DNA of 64,000 nucleotides from Candidatus Omnitrophota bacterium (GCA_028699255.1 JAQVUX010000006.1:25928-89927); one strand, 5' to 3'. Positions 13,667 to 22,383 are shown, counted from the stretch's first letter. Translations and numbers: made by a program. Notes: generated by a model from the letters alone, not told the origin.

Positions 13667-13724
13667 TTGCGTCTTGACAATTTACGATTTATAGGGTATA
13701 GTTTAAGCATAAATTCTGGGAAAA

Positions 13725-13740
13725 TGTTCTTCGTGGAACA
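13725..13740. promoter_or_regulatory. Degenerate parS-like site TGTTCTTCGTGGAACA just upstream of parA
   Basis: Right half GTGGAACA matches 7/8 of GTGAAACA; left half matches 5/8. Confidence 0.3.
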
Positions 13741-13749
13741 CTCTAAGAA

Positions 13750-14604
13750 ATGGCGAAAATAATAGCGATTTGCAATCAAAAAGGCGGCGTAGGAAAGACA
13801 ACTACGGCTATAAACCTGTCGGTTTATCTCGCCCTGTCGGATAAAAAAGTTCTCCTTATAGATATCGACCCACAAGGTAATGCCACAAGCGGATTAGGCA
13901 TAAACAAACATAATATCAAAACCAGTATCTACGATCTTGTAATCCACGAGATAGACCCGCATAGCGTTATAATAGGAACTGGAATTAATAACCTCTCCCT
14001 TATCCCATCCACAATAGCATTAACCGGAGCGGAGGTAGAGCTCGTCGGTATTATGGGCCGCGAATACCGTCTGAAAAAGGCCCTCTCCCCCATTTCCATA
14101 GAATATGATTTCATTATAATGGACTGCCCCCCATCTCTCGGATTACTGACTGTAAATGCCCTTTCTGCCGCAGGTTCGGTGCTTATACCGATCCAGTGCG
14201 AATATTATGCGCTGGAAGGTTTAAGCCAATTAGTCAACACCATAAATCTCGTTAAGGAAAACTTAAACGCTACCTTAGAGGTTGAGGGCGTTTTGTTGAC
14301 GATGGCGGACTTCAGGACTAACCTTACAAATGAAGTTATCAAGGAAGTGCGCAACTTCTTTAAAGAAAAGGTTTATAATACTGTAATACCAAGAAATATC
14401 AGGCTAACCGAAGCTCCTGGTTTTGGAAAACCAATCGCGCTTTATGATAAGAATTCTATCGGTGCGCAAAAATACCATGATTTTATGGGAGAATTATTAG
14501 GAGCAAAAAAAGATATCTCCAAAGATTTCGAAACAAAAAAACTCGATAACTCCAATAATGAAAATGAGTTAGAAAAAATAAATGAAGGAGATGTTAAGTC
14601 ATGA
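13750..14604 (+). CDS. parA: Chromosome partitioning ATPase ParA/Soj
   Basis: KGGVGKTT deviant Walker A; 284 aa. Confidence 0.85.
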   Translation: MAKIIAICNQKGGVGKTTTAINLSVYLALSDKKVLLIDIDPQGNATSGLGINKHNIKTSIYDLVIHEIDPHSVIIGTGINNLSLIPSTIALTGAEVELVGIMGREYRLKKALSPISIEYDFIIMDCPPSLGLLTVNALSAAGSVLIPIQCEYYALEGLSQLVNTINLVKENLNATLEVEGVLLTMADFRTNLTNEVIKEVRNFFKEKVYNTVIPRNIRLTEAPGFGKPIALYDKNSIGAQKYHDFMGELLGAKKDISKDFETKKLDNSNNENELEKINEGDVKS

Positions 14605-15458
14605 CAAGCAAAGCATTAGGTAAAGGTTTAAGTGCGCTTATACCAACGCGAGATGATTCACAAGAGAATAGAGAGTCAGTATTAAGAATACCAATATCTA
14701 AAATTAGAATAAACAAATACCAACCACGCTTGGAGTTTAATAAAGAAAAGTTAGATGAGCTTACCAGCTCTATAAAAGAGAAGGGTGTCGTTCAACCGGT
14801 ACTGGTTAGAGCGTCACAGGACGGGTATGAGCTTATCGCAGGTGAAAGACGGCTCAGGGCGGTTACCAATTTGGGAATGGAGTCTATACCGGCCATCGTG
14901 AAAAATGTCGCGGATATCGACATGCTGGAGTTGTCGCTTATCGAGAATATACAGCGCGAAGAGTTAAATCCGATGGAAGAAGCGTCAGCTTTTCAGAAAT
15001 TTATAACAGATTTTAATTTTACGCAGGAAAGAATAGCCACAGCTGTCGGGAAAGACCGTTCTACCGTAGCGAACACACTACGATTATTAACGCTTCCTAA
15101 AAAAATACAGGATTTTATATCCAAGGGCAGTATCACAGCCGGGCACGCGAAAGCCATACTCTCTGTCCCGACGGAGAATGACCGTCTCAGGGTCTGCAAT
15201 CTTGTGGTGAAGAAGGGGCTTTCGGTAAGGGAGACAGAGGCTTTGGCCGCGCGCAGAGCCGCAGGGGAAACGGAAGAGGCGAAAGTACGTGAAAAAGACC
15301 AGGACATCGCCGACCTCGAGAATAAATTACAGCAGTTTTTCGGTACAAAAGTGAAGATATTCCACGGAAATAAGAGGGGGCGCATACAGATAGAGTATTA
15401 TTCGACCGAGGACTTGAACCGCATACTCGAACTTTTTTCCCCGAAGCCGCAAGTTTAA
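14601..15458 (+). CDS. parB: Chromosome partitioning protein ParB/Spo0J
   Basis: GERRLRA ParB box; helix-turn-helix; overlaps the parA stop. Confidence 0.85.
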   Translation: MTSKALGKGLSALIPTRDDSQENRESVLRIPISKIRINKYQPRLEFNKEKLDELTSSIKEKGVVQPVLVRASQDGYELIAGERRLRAVTNLGMESIPAIVKNVADIDMLELSLIENIQREELNPMEEASAFQKFITDFNFTQERIATAVGKDRSTVANTLRLLTLPKKIQDFISKGSITAGHAKAILSVPTENDRLRVCNLVVKKGLSVRETEALAARRAAGETEEAKVREKDQDIADLENKLQQFFGTKVKIFHGNKRGRIQIEYYSTEDLNRILELFSPKPQV

Positions 15459-15463
15459 TCTTC

Positions 15464-15492
15464 TTGACGTAAAAGAGATTAATCATTACAAT
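15464..15492 (+). promoter_or_regulatory. Sigma-70-like promoter TTGACG-N17-TACAAT upstream of ndk, followed by a ~130-nt GC-rich leader
   Basis: TTGACG at 15464-15469, TACAAT at 15487-15492. Confidence 0.35.
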
Positions 15493-15622
15493 ATATTACC
15501 TTATCCCGCCACGATGCATTCTGGGCTTTACCCGCGGGCAGATGGGGCGGGATTTGCTTCAGGCGAAAGAAGTCTGCCGGGGTTTTTAGCCGGGGAGCTT
15601 CATAATATAAAGGAGTGGGCTT

Positions 15623-16123
15623 ATGATCCAGCAGACGCTTGTTCTTATAAAGCCGGACGGATTAAAAAAATCCCTTACAGGGAACATCCTTACGCGATTA
15701 TCGGAGACAAAGCTCGATATAATTGCCACCAAGATAGTTAAGGTTTCCAAAGAGCTTGCGGCGGAGCACTACAGGGAACTCAAAGATAAACCATTCTTCA
15801 ATGATCTTTTAAAATATCTCATGGGTGAATATCATAAAAAGAAGGTTATGGCACTGGTGTATTGGGGCGAGGACGCGATAGATAAAGTGCGCAAGGTATG
15901 CGGCTCGACGAATCCGGAAGAAGCCGATGCCGTATCCATACGCGGGGCGTACGGCAGGATCACCACCAAGGGTGTATATGAGAACGTTATTCACGCGTCG
16001 GCAAATCCGAAGGACGCCGAACGGGAAATAAAACTGTGGTTTTCGCCCGACGAGATACTGGAAACGCCGTATCCGACGAAGACGATAAAAGCGTCCGGCG
16101 AAAAGAAAGTGTGGCAGGAATAA
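15623..16123 (+). CDS. ndk: Nucleoside diphosphate kinase (with a C-terminal extension)
   Basis: LVLIKPDG and NVIHAS active-site region; 166 aa. Confidence 0.75.
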   Translation: MIQQTLVLIKPDGLKKSLTGNILTRLSETKLDIIATKIVKVSKELAAEHYRELKDKPFFNDLLKYLMGEYHKKKVMALVYWGEDAIDKVRKVCGSTNPEEADAVSIRGAYGRITTKGVYENVIHASANPKDAEREIKLWFSPDEILETPYPTKTIKASGEKKVWQE

Positions 16124-16125
16124 TC

Positions 16126-17004
16126 ATGATTAAATCTATGACAGGGTTTGGTAAAGGCGAGGCGCGTTTTAAAACCGGCAAAGTTGTGGTCGAGATCAAG
16201 ACGGTAAATCATAAATTTCTCGAAGCGACGCTTAAATTACCGACGGGGCTCACAGCGCTCGAAGATAAGATAAAAGAGGTTTTACAGAAGAAGCTGAAGA
16301 GGGGAAAGGTGTACCTCAACCTTACGCACGATGGATCGCTTTTAAAAGGCGAGAGGATATCGATAAACAGGAAGGCCGCGCGAAATTATTATAATGAGCT
16401 CGCCGGGCTTGGGAAATATCTCGGGTTGAAAGAAGAAGTAAGCATGAAAGAGATCCTGGCCCTGCCGGGAGTGATAAATTTCGACGCCTTAGATCGCGGC
16501 ATTGAGGAATTCTGGCCAAAGACGAAAAAGGCTCTCGATATGGCGATAGAGAAACTCGTTATCGACAGGCAAAAAGAGGGGAAGGCGCTCTACCTGGATC
16601 TCACCGGCCGTACGAAAAAAATCGCCTCGATGCTTGCTACTATAAGAAGCCGCGCGCATCTCAATATAGAAGAGTACAGGAAGAGATTTGCCGACAGGGT
16701 CAAGGATCTTACCGGCGGACGCGATATAGATATGGGCCGCCTCGAGATGGAGGTTGCGATTTTCGCTAAAAATAGCGATATATCCGAAGAGATAACCCGG
16801 CTCGAGAACCATCTTTCCAATTTCAACAAGACGATAGCCTGCGACGGAGAGGTAGGCAAAAAGATCGATTTTATCGCCCAGGAACTCCATCGCGAAATAA
16901 ATACCATCGGTTCGAAAGCGAGCGATTTCAAGATAGCCAAAAACGTCATAGAGATAAAAGGCGAAATAGAGAAGATACGCGAACAGGCCAAAAATCTAGA
17001 ATGA
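16126..17004 (+). CDS. yicC: YicC-family stress-induced protein
   Basis: MIKSMTGFGKGE start with RBS GGAA; the track ORF from 16036 is a spurious upstream extension that overlaps ndk. Confidence 0.8.
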   Translation: MIKSMTGFGKGEARFKTGKVVVEIKTVNHKFLEATLKLPTGLTALEDKIKEVLQKKLKRGKVYLNLTHDGSLLKGERISINRKAARNYYNELAGLGKYLGLKEEVSMKEILALPGVINFDALDRGIEEFWPKTKKALDMAIEKLVIDRQKEGKALYLDLTGRTKKIASMLATIRSRAHLNIEEYRKRFADRVKDLTGGRDIDMGRLEMEVAIFAKNSDISEEITRLENHLSNFNKTIACDGEVGKKIDFIAQELHREINTIGSKASDFKIAKNVIEIKGEIEKIREQAKNLE

Positions 17005-17573
17005 ACGCGCGCATATTCGTGATATCCGCCCCGTCGGGAAGCGGTAAGACCACTTTATGCAATAAGCTTTTAAAGGACGGCCCGGCGCTGGAAAATTCCA
17101 TATCCATGACGACGCGCCCACCGCGTCCCGGAGAAAAAGACGGCGTCGATTACCGGTTCGTATCCGAAAAATATTTCCGGGCCTCCATAAAAAAGGACGC
17201 ATTCCTCGAATACGAAGAGAACTTCGGGAATTTTTACGGTACGCCGAAAGATTTTGTAGAAGATAACCTCAGAAAAGGCAGGAGCGTTCTTTTAAGCATC
17301 GATGTAAAAGGCGCAATGAAAGTAAAGAAGCAGTTTCCGGCGAAGAGCGTGCTTATATTCATAATGCCGCCTTCGATCGCAGTGCTCGAAAAGAGATTGC
17401 GGTTGAGAAAGTCCGAGGATGACGACGCCATTTCGCGGCGGCTTTCGCTCGCAAGAGAGGAGATGGCGTATAAAGACAAGTACGACTATATCATAGTAAA
17501 TGACCGGCTCGACGCCGCGTATGAAAAATTAAAAGAAGTCGTGGTTTCGGAACTAAAAACTGAAGGAGTATAG
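17001..17573 (+). CDS. gmk: Guanylate kinase
   Basis: SAPSGSGKTT P-loop; yicC-gmk-rpoZ synteny. Confidence 0.9.
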   Translation: MNARIFVISAPSGSGKTTLCNKLLKDGPALENSISMTTRPPRPGEKDGVDYRFVSEKYFRASIKKDAFLEYEENFGNFYGTPKDFVEDNLRKGRSVLLSIDVKGAMKVKKQFPAKSVLIFIMPPSIAVLEKRLRLRKSEDDDAISRRLSLAREEMAYKDKYDYIIVNDRLDAAYEKLKEVVVSELKTEGV

Positions 17574-17577
17574 CTAT

Positions 17578-17781
17578 ATGCCAGAGATAGACATACAGAA
17601 ATTATTGAATAAAGTCGGCAGTTTATATAAACTCGTTGTCCTGACTTCATTAAGGGCTGTGGAACTCGGGGATCCTTCGGCGAACTTCTCCGGCGGCAAA
17701 ACGGATACCAAAACGATAAACGCGGCATTAAAAGAGATCGCCGACGGCAAAATCGAGTATAAAATTAAAGAGAAAAAATGA
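17578..17781 (+). CDS. rpoZ: RNA polymerase omega subunit
   Basis: 67 aa; LVVLTSLRAVEL motif. Confidence 0.8.
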   Translation: MPEIDIQKLLNKVGSLYKLVVLTSLRAVELGDPSANFSGGKTDTKTINAALKEIADGKIEYKIKEKK

Positions 17782-18323
17782 TCAAGAAGACCGGCCCGGT
17801 GGTACTGGGCGTTACAGGCAGTATTGCGGCATACCGCTCGTGCGAGATCATAAGCGCTCTCCGTAAAGAAGGCGTGGAAGTACAGCCCGTATTGACTAAA
17901 GAGGGTGCCGAGTTCATAACGCCTTTGTCCCTGCAGACCTTAGCGCGCAACAAGGTCGCGATGGGCATGTTCGAGACCCCGGAGAAGTGGGAGCCGGTGC
18001 ATACCGCGATAGCGGACAGGGCGGGCCTTATACTGATAGCGCCCGCGACGGCAAACGTGATAGGTAAGCTCGCCAACGGCATATGTGACGACTTGCTTAC
18101 CTGTATCGTATTTGCGACGAACGCGCCCGTTTTGATAGCGCCGGCCATGAATGAGAAGATGTATGAGCACAAGATAGTGCGCGAGAATATAGCAAAGCTT
18201 AAGGCGATCGGTTATAAGTTCGTCGGCCCGTCGAAGGGGCGGCTGGCATGCGGCCACGTAGGCACAGGCCATATCGCCGATACAAAGGAGATAGTAAAAG
18301 AGGCTGTAAGGCTTCTGAAGTGA
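17778..18323 (+). CDS. coaC: Phosphopantothenoylcysteine decarboxylase (flavoprotein CoaC domain, a separate ORF here)
   Basis: 181 aa flavoprotein fold (VLGVTGSIAAY); ends in a TGA that overlaps the coaB ATG. Confidence 0.8.
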   Translation: MIKKTGPVVLGVTGSIAAYRSCEIISALRKEGVEVQPVLTKEGAEFITPLSLQTLARNKVAMGMFETPEKWEPVHTAIADRAGLILIAPATANVIGKLANGICDDLLTCIVFATNAPVLIAPAMNEKMYEHKIVRENIAKLKAIGYKFVGPSKGRLACGHVGTGHIADTKEIVKEAVRLLK

Positions 18324-18979
18324 TGGCGAATACCAGGCGAAAAAAAATGATCCCCGTCCTCGTAACCGCAGGCCCCACGCGCGAGAAGATAGATCCCGTC
18401 AGGTTCATATCGAACTATTCCACCGGAACGTTTGGATATGCTATCGCGAGAGAAGCTTTTCGCAGGGGGCACGATGTTACGCTGGTTAGCGGGCCAACTC
18501 ATATCGAAGCACCGCGCGGCGTCAGGCTTTTAAAGATCGAAACCGCTATGGAAATGCGCCGGGAGGTATTAAAGAGGGCAAAGCCCGGCACATTGGTGAT
18601 AATGGCCGCCGCGGTCTGTGATTGGGCTCCGATGAAGATGGCCGCAGGTAAGATAAAGAGAAAAAGCTCCGGGCTTTCCATTAAACTTAAAGAGAATCCG
18701 GATATATTAAAAGAGCTTGGGCAGAGCAAGAAAAACATTCTGGTTGGCTTTGCGCTTGAAACCGAAAATTTAGAAAAGAATGCCCTGGAGAAGCTAAAGA
18801 AGAAGCATCTGGATATGGTGGTGGCCAATAAACTGACCAAAAAAAGCGCGTTATTCGGTTCGGGTGCTACAGATGTGGTGATCATAGACAGGTTTGGCCG
18901 GAAAGCGGCATATCGAGGCAGAACCAAGCAGGAATTGGCCAAGATTATCCTTGACAAGGCCTCGAATTTTAATATATAG
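18323..18979 (+). CDS. coaB: Phosphopantothenate-cysteine ligase (CoaB domain)
   Basis: MANTRRKKMIPVLVTAGPTREKIDPVRFISNYSTG; ATGA overlap with coaC but in a different reading frame. Confidence 0.8.
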   Translation: MANTRRKKMIPVLVTAGPTREKIDPVRFISNYSTGTFGYAIAREAFRRGHDVTLVSGPTHIEAPRGVRLLKIETAMEMRREVLKRAKPGTLVIMAAAVCDWAPMKMAAGKIKRKSSGLSIKLKENPDILKELGQSKKNILVGFALETENLEKNALEKLKKKHLDMVVANKLTKKSALFGSGATDVVIIDRFGRKAAYRGRTKQELAKIILDKASNFNI

Positions 18980-19037
18980 TCGATTCCTTGGCGCTTGAGC
19001 GGAATCGATCCTGAGCAATGTCGAAGGATCAAGAGTT

Positions 19038-19460
19038 ATGTTAAAAAAGCGTTCCTTTACGATAACAGAATTACTGATAGTGGCTGTGGTGTTTTTAGCC
19101 ATGATAGCGGTGCTTATGCCATTCGTCAGAATGGCGAAGGCGCGCTCTCGCAGGATGTATTGCGCTAACAATTTGAGGCAGATAAGGTTAGGATTACGCA
19201 AATATGCAATGGAGCATAAAAATAATTTTCCGGCAACTTTAGGTGAATTATATCCTAACTATGTTATCGGGCAGGACGTGTTTGATTGCCCGGCCAGCAA
19301 AACGATCGGAACAAAAGATAGTCCGGATTACAGTTATGCCCCAGGGCTCACGGAAGTGTCATCGGGCGATAAAGTGATAGCGCAGGATAAAGACGGTAAT
19401 CACAAAGAAGCCGGCAAGCATATATTGAGGGTCAACGGTTCGGTCGAGTGGGTGAAGTAA
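19038..19460 (+). CDS. Prepilin-type N-terminal domain protein, DUF1559 / H-X9-DG family-like
   Basis: FTITELLIVAVVFLAMIAVLMP followed by AKARSRRMYCANNLRQIRLGLRKY (the DUF1559 pattern); C-terminal HILRVNGSVEW. Confidence 0.6.
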   Translation: MLKKRSFTITELLIVAVVFLAMIAVLMPFVRMAKARSRRMYCANNLRQIRLGLRKYAMEHKNNFPATLGELYPNYVIGQDVFDCPASKTIGTKDSPDYSYAPGLTEVSSGDKVIAQDKDGNHKEAGKHILRVNGSVEWVK

Positions 19461-19551
19461 GGCGCGGATAGGCACCTACTACTGTAATACTCGTGGCGCG
19501 GTAGTCCTACCCGAATCTGAGTAGGTAGGCACCTACCCGCGTGATTTTACT

Positions 19552-19626
19552 GGCGCGGTAGCCAAGCGGTAAGGCAGTTGTCTGCAAAACAACTATACAG
19601 CGGTTCAATTCCGCTCCGCGCCTCCA
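19552..19626 (+). tRNA. tRNA-Cys (GCA)
   Basis: Cloverleaf read by eye; anticodon loop CTGCAAA; 3' CCA encoded. Confidence 0.85.
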
Positions 19627-19758
19627 AATTTGCCGTAGTTTAAATGTAGGCAAATTGCTCCGAAGCCTATCCGAAAAATATCGAAGAGATTTTTCGGATG
19701 TTTAGGCGAGGAGCTGATCAGTGTTTGTTCTTAAGGTGCTCTTCAGAGAAATTTTCAA

Positions 19759-19835
19759 GGGCAGTTAGCGCAGTTGGTTAGCGCACCACGTTGACATCGT
19801 GGGGGTCAGAGGTTCGAGTCCTCTACTGCCCACCA
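19759..19835 (+). tRNA. tRNA-Val (GAC)
   Basis: Acceptor GGGCAGT/ACTGCCC; anticodon loop TTGACAT; T-loop TTCGAGT; CCA encoded. Confidence 0.85.
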
Positions 19836-19980
19836 TTTTTCACGTTGTTTGACATGAGTAGTAGAGGGTGAGTCAGGAGGACTCGAAGCGAGCGAGCGCC
19901 GAGCGAATAGCGAGGAAAAGCGCTATGCGCGACAGCGAGCGAGGTGAGGTTACGCAGGCGCCTGGCGGCGCCGTAGTAAC

Positions 19981-20003
19981 CGAGTCCTCTACTGCCCACC
20001 ATT
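19981..20003 (+). repeat. Direct repeat of the last 23 nt of tRNA-Val (CGAGTCCTCTACTGCCCACCATT)
   Basis: Identical to 19816-19838; it lacks the 5' half of the T-stem, so it is not a functional tRNA. Confidence 0.6.
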
Positions 20004-20005
20004 CT

Positions 20006-20091
20006 GCCGGGATGGCGGAATTGGCAGACGCAAGGGATTTAAAATCCCTCGGCCGCAAGGCCACGGGGGTTCGACCCCCCCTCCCGGCACC
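20006..20091 (+). tRNA. tRNA-Leu (TAA)
   Basis: Long variable arm; anticodon loop TTTAAAA; acceptor GCCGGGA/TCCCGGC; CCA encoded. Confidence 0.85.
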
Positions 20092-20138
20092 ATTCTATGA
20101 AAAAGGTAAGGATAGAAAGAGAAAAGTAAGGAATTATT

Positions 20139-21854
20139 ATGGATCTGGCAACGCTAAGACACAGCACGTCGCACGTGATGGCACAGGCGGTAAAGAGCCT
20201 GTGGCCCGACGTGAAGCTCGGTATCGGCCCGTCGATAGAGGACGGGTTCTATTACGATTTCGAAAAGGAAGAGCCGTTCGTGCCGGAAGACCTCGAACTG
20301 ATAGAGAATAGAATGCGCGAGATAATACAGAAGAACTATAAGTTTGAGAAAAAAGAGATGAAGAAAGCGGAAGCCGTAAAGCTCTTTAAAAAAATGAAAG
20401 AAAAATACAAAGTCGATCTCATCGAAAAAATACCCGGGGATACGGTTACCATTTACCAGGACGGGGATTTTATAGACTTATGCCGCGGCCCGCACATCGA
20501 TTCGACGGGCGGAATAAAGGCGTTTAAATTATTGTCTCTGGCCGGGGCATATTGGCACGGTATAGAGACCAACCCCATGTTAAGACGCATCTACGGTACG
20601 GCGTTCGATACGGAAAAGGAACTGCAGAATTATCTGACTTTACTGGAAGAAGCGAAAAAACGCGACCACAGAGTGCTCGGTAAACAACTGGAGTTTTTCA
20701 GTTTCAATGAAGAGGTTGGGCCGGGGCTCGTCCTGTACCATCCGAAGGGCGCGCGACTGCGCAGTATCATAGAGGATTATATAAGGAAAGAGCACTTGAA
20801 GCGTGGCTACGAGCTCGTGCTTGGCCCGCATATAATGAAGAGCGATATCTGGATAGAGTCGGGCCATTACGAATATTATAAAGAGAATATGTACATGTTC
20901 GAGATCGAGGGACAGGAATACGCGATAAAGCCGATGAACTGCCCCGGACATATATTAGTCTATCGATCAAAGACCAGAAGTTACAAAGATCTGCCGATCA
21001 GGTATTTTGAGCTTGGCACTGTGTATAGAAACGAAAAGTCCGGCGTTCTACACGGGCTTCTGCGCGTTCGCGGATTTACGCAGGACGACGCGCACATATT
21101 CTGTTTACGCGACCAGGTTGAGGACGAGATAATAAAGGTCATTAATTTCGTTATCGACACGTTGAATGTGTTCGGGTTCGAGGATTTCTCCGTCGAGGTA
21201 TCGACGAGGCCCGAGAAATCTATCGGTAATGACGCCGATTGGGAAACGGCCGAACGCGCTCTCATTCAGGCTTTGAAACGCAAATATTTAAATTACACCA
21301 TCAACGAAGGCGACGGCGCTTTTTATGGGCCGAAGATAGACATAAAACTTAAAGATGCTTTGAAGCGCGAATGGCAGTGCGCGACGATACAATGCGATTT
21401 TGCCCTGCCGGAGCGGTTCAATCTTACTTACGTGGGCCAGGATGGAAAAGAATACCGTCCGATAATGTTGCACAGGGTTATTTTAGGCTCTCTGGAACGC
21501 TTCATGGGGGCCCTGATAGAACATTTCGCGGGGGCGCTACCTTTATGGCTTGCGCCGGTTCAATGCGCGATAATTCCGATATCGGATAAAGCGCTTGAAT
21601 ATGCCAAAAAGACGGAAGCCTTGTTTGTCGAAAACGGCGTCAGAGTTTCTCTCGATCATAGAAATGAGCGTCTGCAGAAGAAGATACGCGACGCGGAACT
21701 CGAGAAGATACCGTATATGATAATCGTGGGAGAGAAGGAGGCCGCCGGCGGAGTTCTGTCGATACGGTCGAAAGCTCAGGGCGACATGGGGATAATGACG
21801 CCCGAAGAGTTCATTCAAATGATAAATAAAGAGATAAAAGAAAAAGTGAGGTAA
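20139..21854 (+). CDS. thrS: Threonyl-tRNA synthetase
   Basis: 571 aa; class II aaRS core and anticodon-binding domain; appears to lack the N-terminal extension of the E. coli-type enzyme. Confidence 0.9.
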   Translation: MDLATLRHSTSHVMAQAVKSLWPDVKLGIGPSIEDGFYYDFEKEEPFVPEDLELIENRMREIIQKNYKFEKKEMKKAEAVKLFKKMKEKYKVDLIEKIPGDTVTIYQDGDFIDLCRGPHIDSTGGIKAFKLLSLAGAYWHGIETNPMLRRIYGTAFDTEKELQNYLTLLEEAKKRDHRVLGKQLEFFSFNEEVGPGLVLYHPKGARLRSIIEDYIRKEHLKRGYELVLGPHIMKSDIWIESGHYEYYKENMYMFEIEGQEYAIKPMNCPGHILVYRSKTRSYKDLPIRYFELGTVYRNEKSGVLHGLLRVRGFTQDDAHIFCLRDQVEDEIIKVINFVIDTLNVFGFEDFSVEVSTRPEKSIGNDADWETAERALIQALKRKYLNYTINEGDGAFYGPKIDIKLKDALKREWQCATIQCDFALPERFNLTYVGQDGKEYRPIMLHRVILGSLERFMGALIEHFAGALPLWLAPVQCAIIPISDKALEYAKKTEALFVENGVRVSLDHRNERLQKKIRDAELEKIPYMIIVGEKEAAGGVLSIRSKAQGDMGIMTPEEFIQMINKEIKEKVR

Positions 21855-21873
21855 GAAAGGGAGGTGATTTGGT

Positions 21874-22383
21874 ATCGCTAAGAAAGAGCTGAGGATAAAT
21901 AACCGGATAAGAGTAAGAGAGGTCAGGTGTGTCGGCGAAGCCGGCGAACAACTCGGGGTGTTGCCCACGCCGGATGCGTTGAAGAGGGCCGAAGAGGCAG
22001 GGCTCGACCTTGTCGAAGTGGCTCCGACGGCAGTGCCGCCTGTTTGCAGGATCATGGATTATTCGAAATACAAATACGAACAGGAGAAACGCGAGAAAGA
22101 GGCGCGAAAGAAACAGAAGATAGTGCATCTAAAAGAGATACGGCTCGGGCCCAAGATAGGCGAGCATGACTATCAGTTCAAGCTCAGAAATCTCGAAGAT
22201 TTTCTGAAACGAGGCGACAAGGTGAAGGTTACCATGATGTTCAGGGGCAGGGAGATGGCCCACGTCGACCTTGGCAGGAAGTTATTCGATCGCCTTGCGA
22301 GCGATATTTCGCAGATAGGCGAAGTTGAGGAACCGCCCAGGCAGGAAGGCCGTTTTATCAATATGGTGGTCAGGGCAAAATAG
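21874..22383 (+). CDS. infC: Translation initiation factor IF-3, non-canonical ATC start
   Basis: The conserved N-terminus KKELRINNRIRVREVR lies upstream of the first ATG or GTG. In-frame TGA at 21865; GGAGG at 21860-21864; ATC 9 nt downstream. Confidence 0.75.
   Translation: MAKKELRINNRIRVREVRCVGEAGEQLGVLPTPDALKRAEEAGLDLVEVAPTAVPPVCRIMDYSKYKYEQEKREKEARKKQKIVHLKEIRLGPKIGEHDYQFKLRNLEDFLKRGDKVKVTMMFRGREMAHVDLGRKLFDRLASDISQIGEVEEPPRQEGRFINMVVRAK

Noticed and set aside
16036-16125. Upstream extension of the yicC ORF starting at 16036
   Set aside because: It overlaps the ndk 3' end in another frame. The conserved YicC N-terminus MIKSMTGFG begins at ATG 16126, with an RBS.
18980-19020. Hairpin TCGATTCC...GGAATCGA after coaB, considered as a terminator
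   Set aside because: It has no downstream T-run, and the stem is short with a long loop. Confidence is too low to annotate.
19627-19697. Two perfect hairpins (AATTTGCC...GGCAAATT and CCGAAAAAT...ATTTTTCGG) after tRNA-Cys, considered as terminators
   Set aside because: Neither is followed by a U-tract. They are more likely tRNA processing or spacer structures and were not called as terminators.
19836-19980. Possibility that the GC-rich segment between the tRNA-Val copies is tmRNA, SRP RNA or RNase P RNA
   Set aside because: It is too short for tmRNA or RNase P RNA (about 350 nt). There is no GGAAGCAGCCAAGG-like SRP domain IV motif and no P4 GGAAAGUCCGG motif. It is left as an unclassified insert.
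19868-20311. 147-aa ORF spanning the tRNA-Val repeat, tRNA-Leu and the thrS start
   Set aside because: It overlaps two tRNA features and the thrS 5' end. Its Arg/Gly-rich composition comes from reading structured-RNA sequence.
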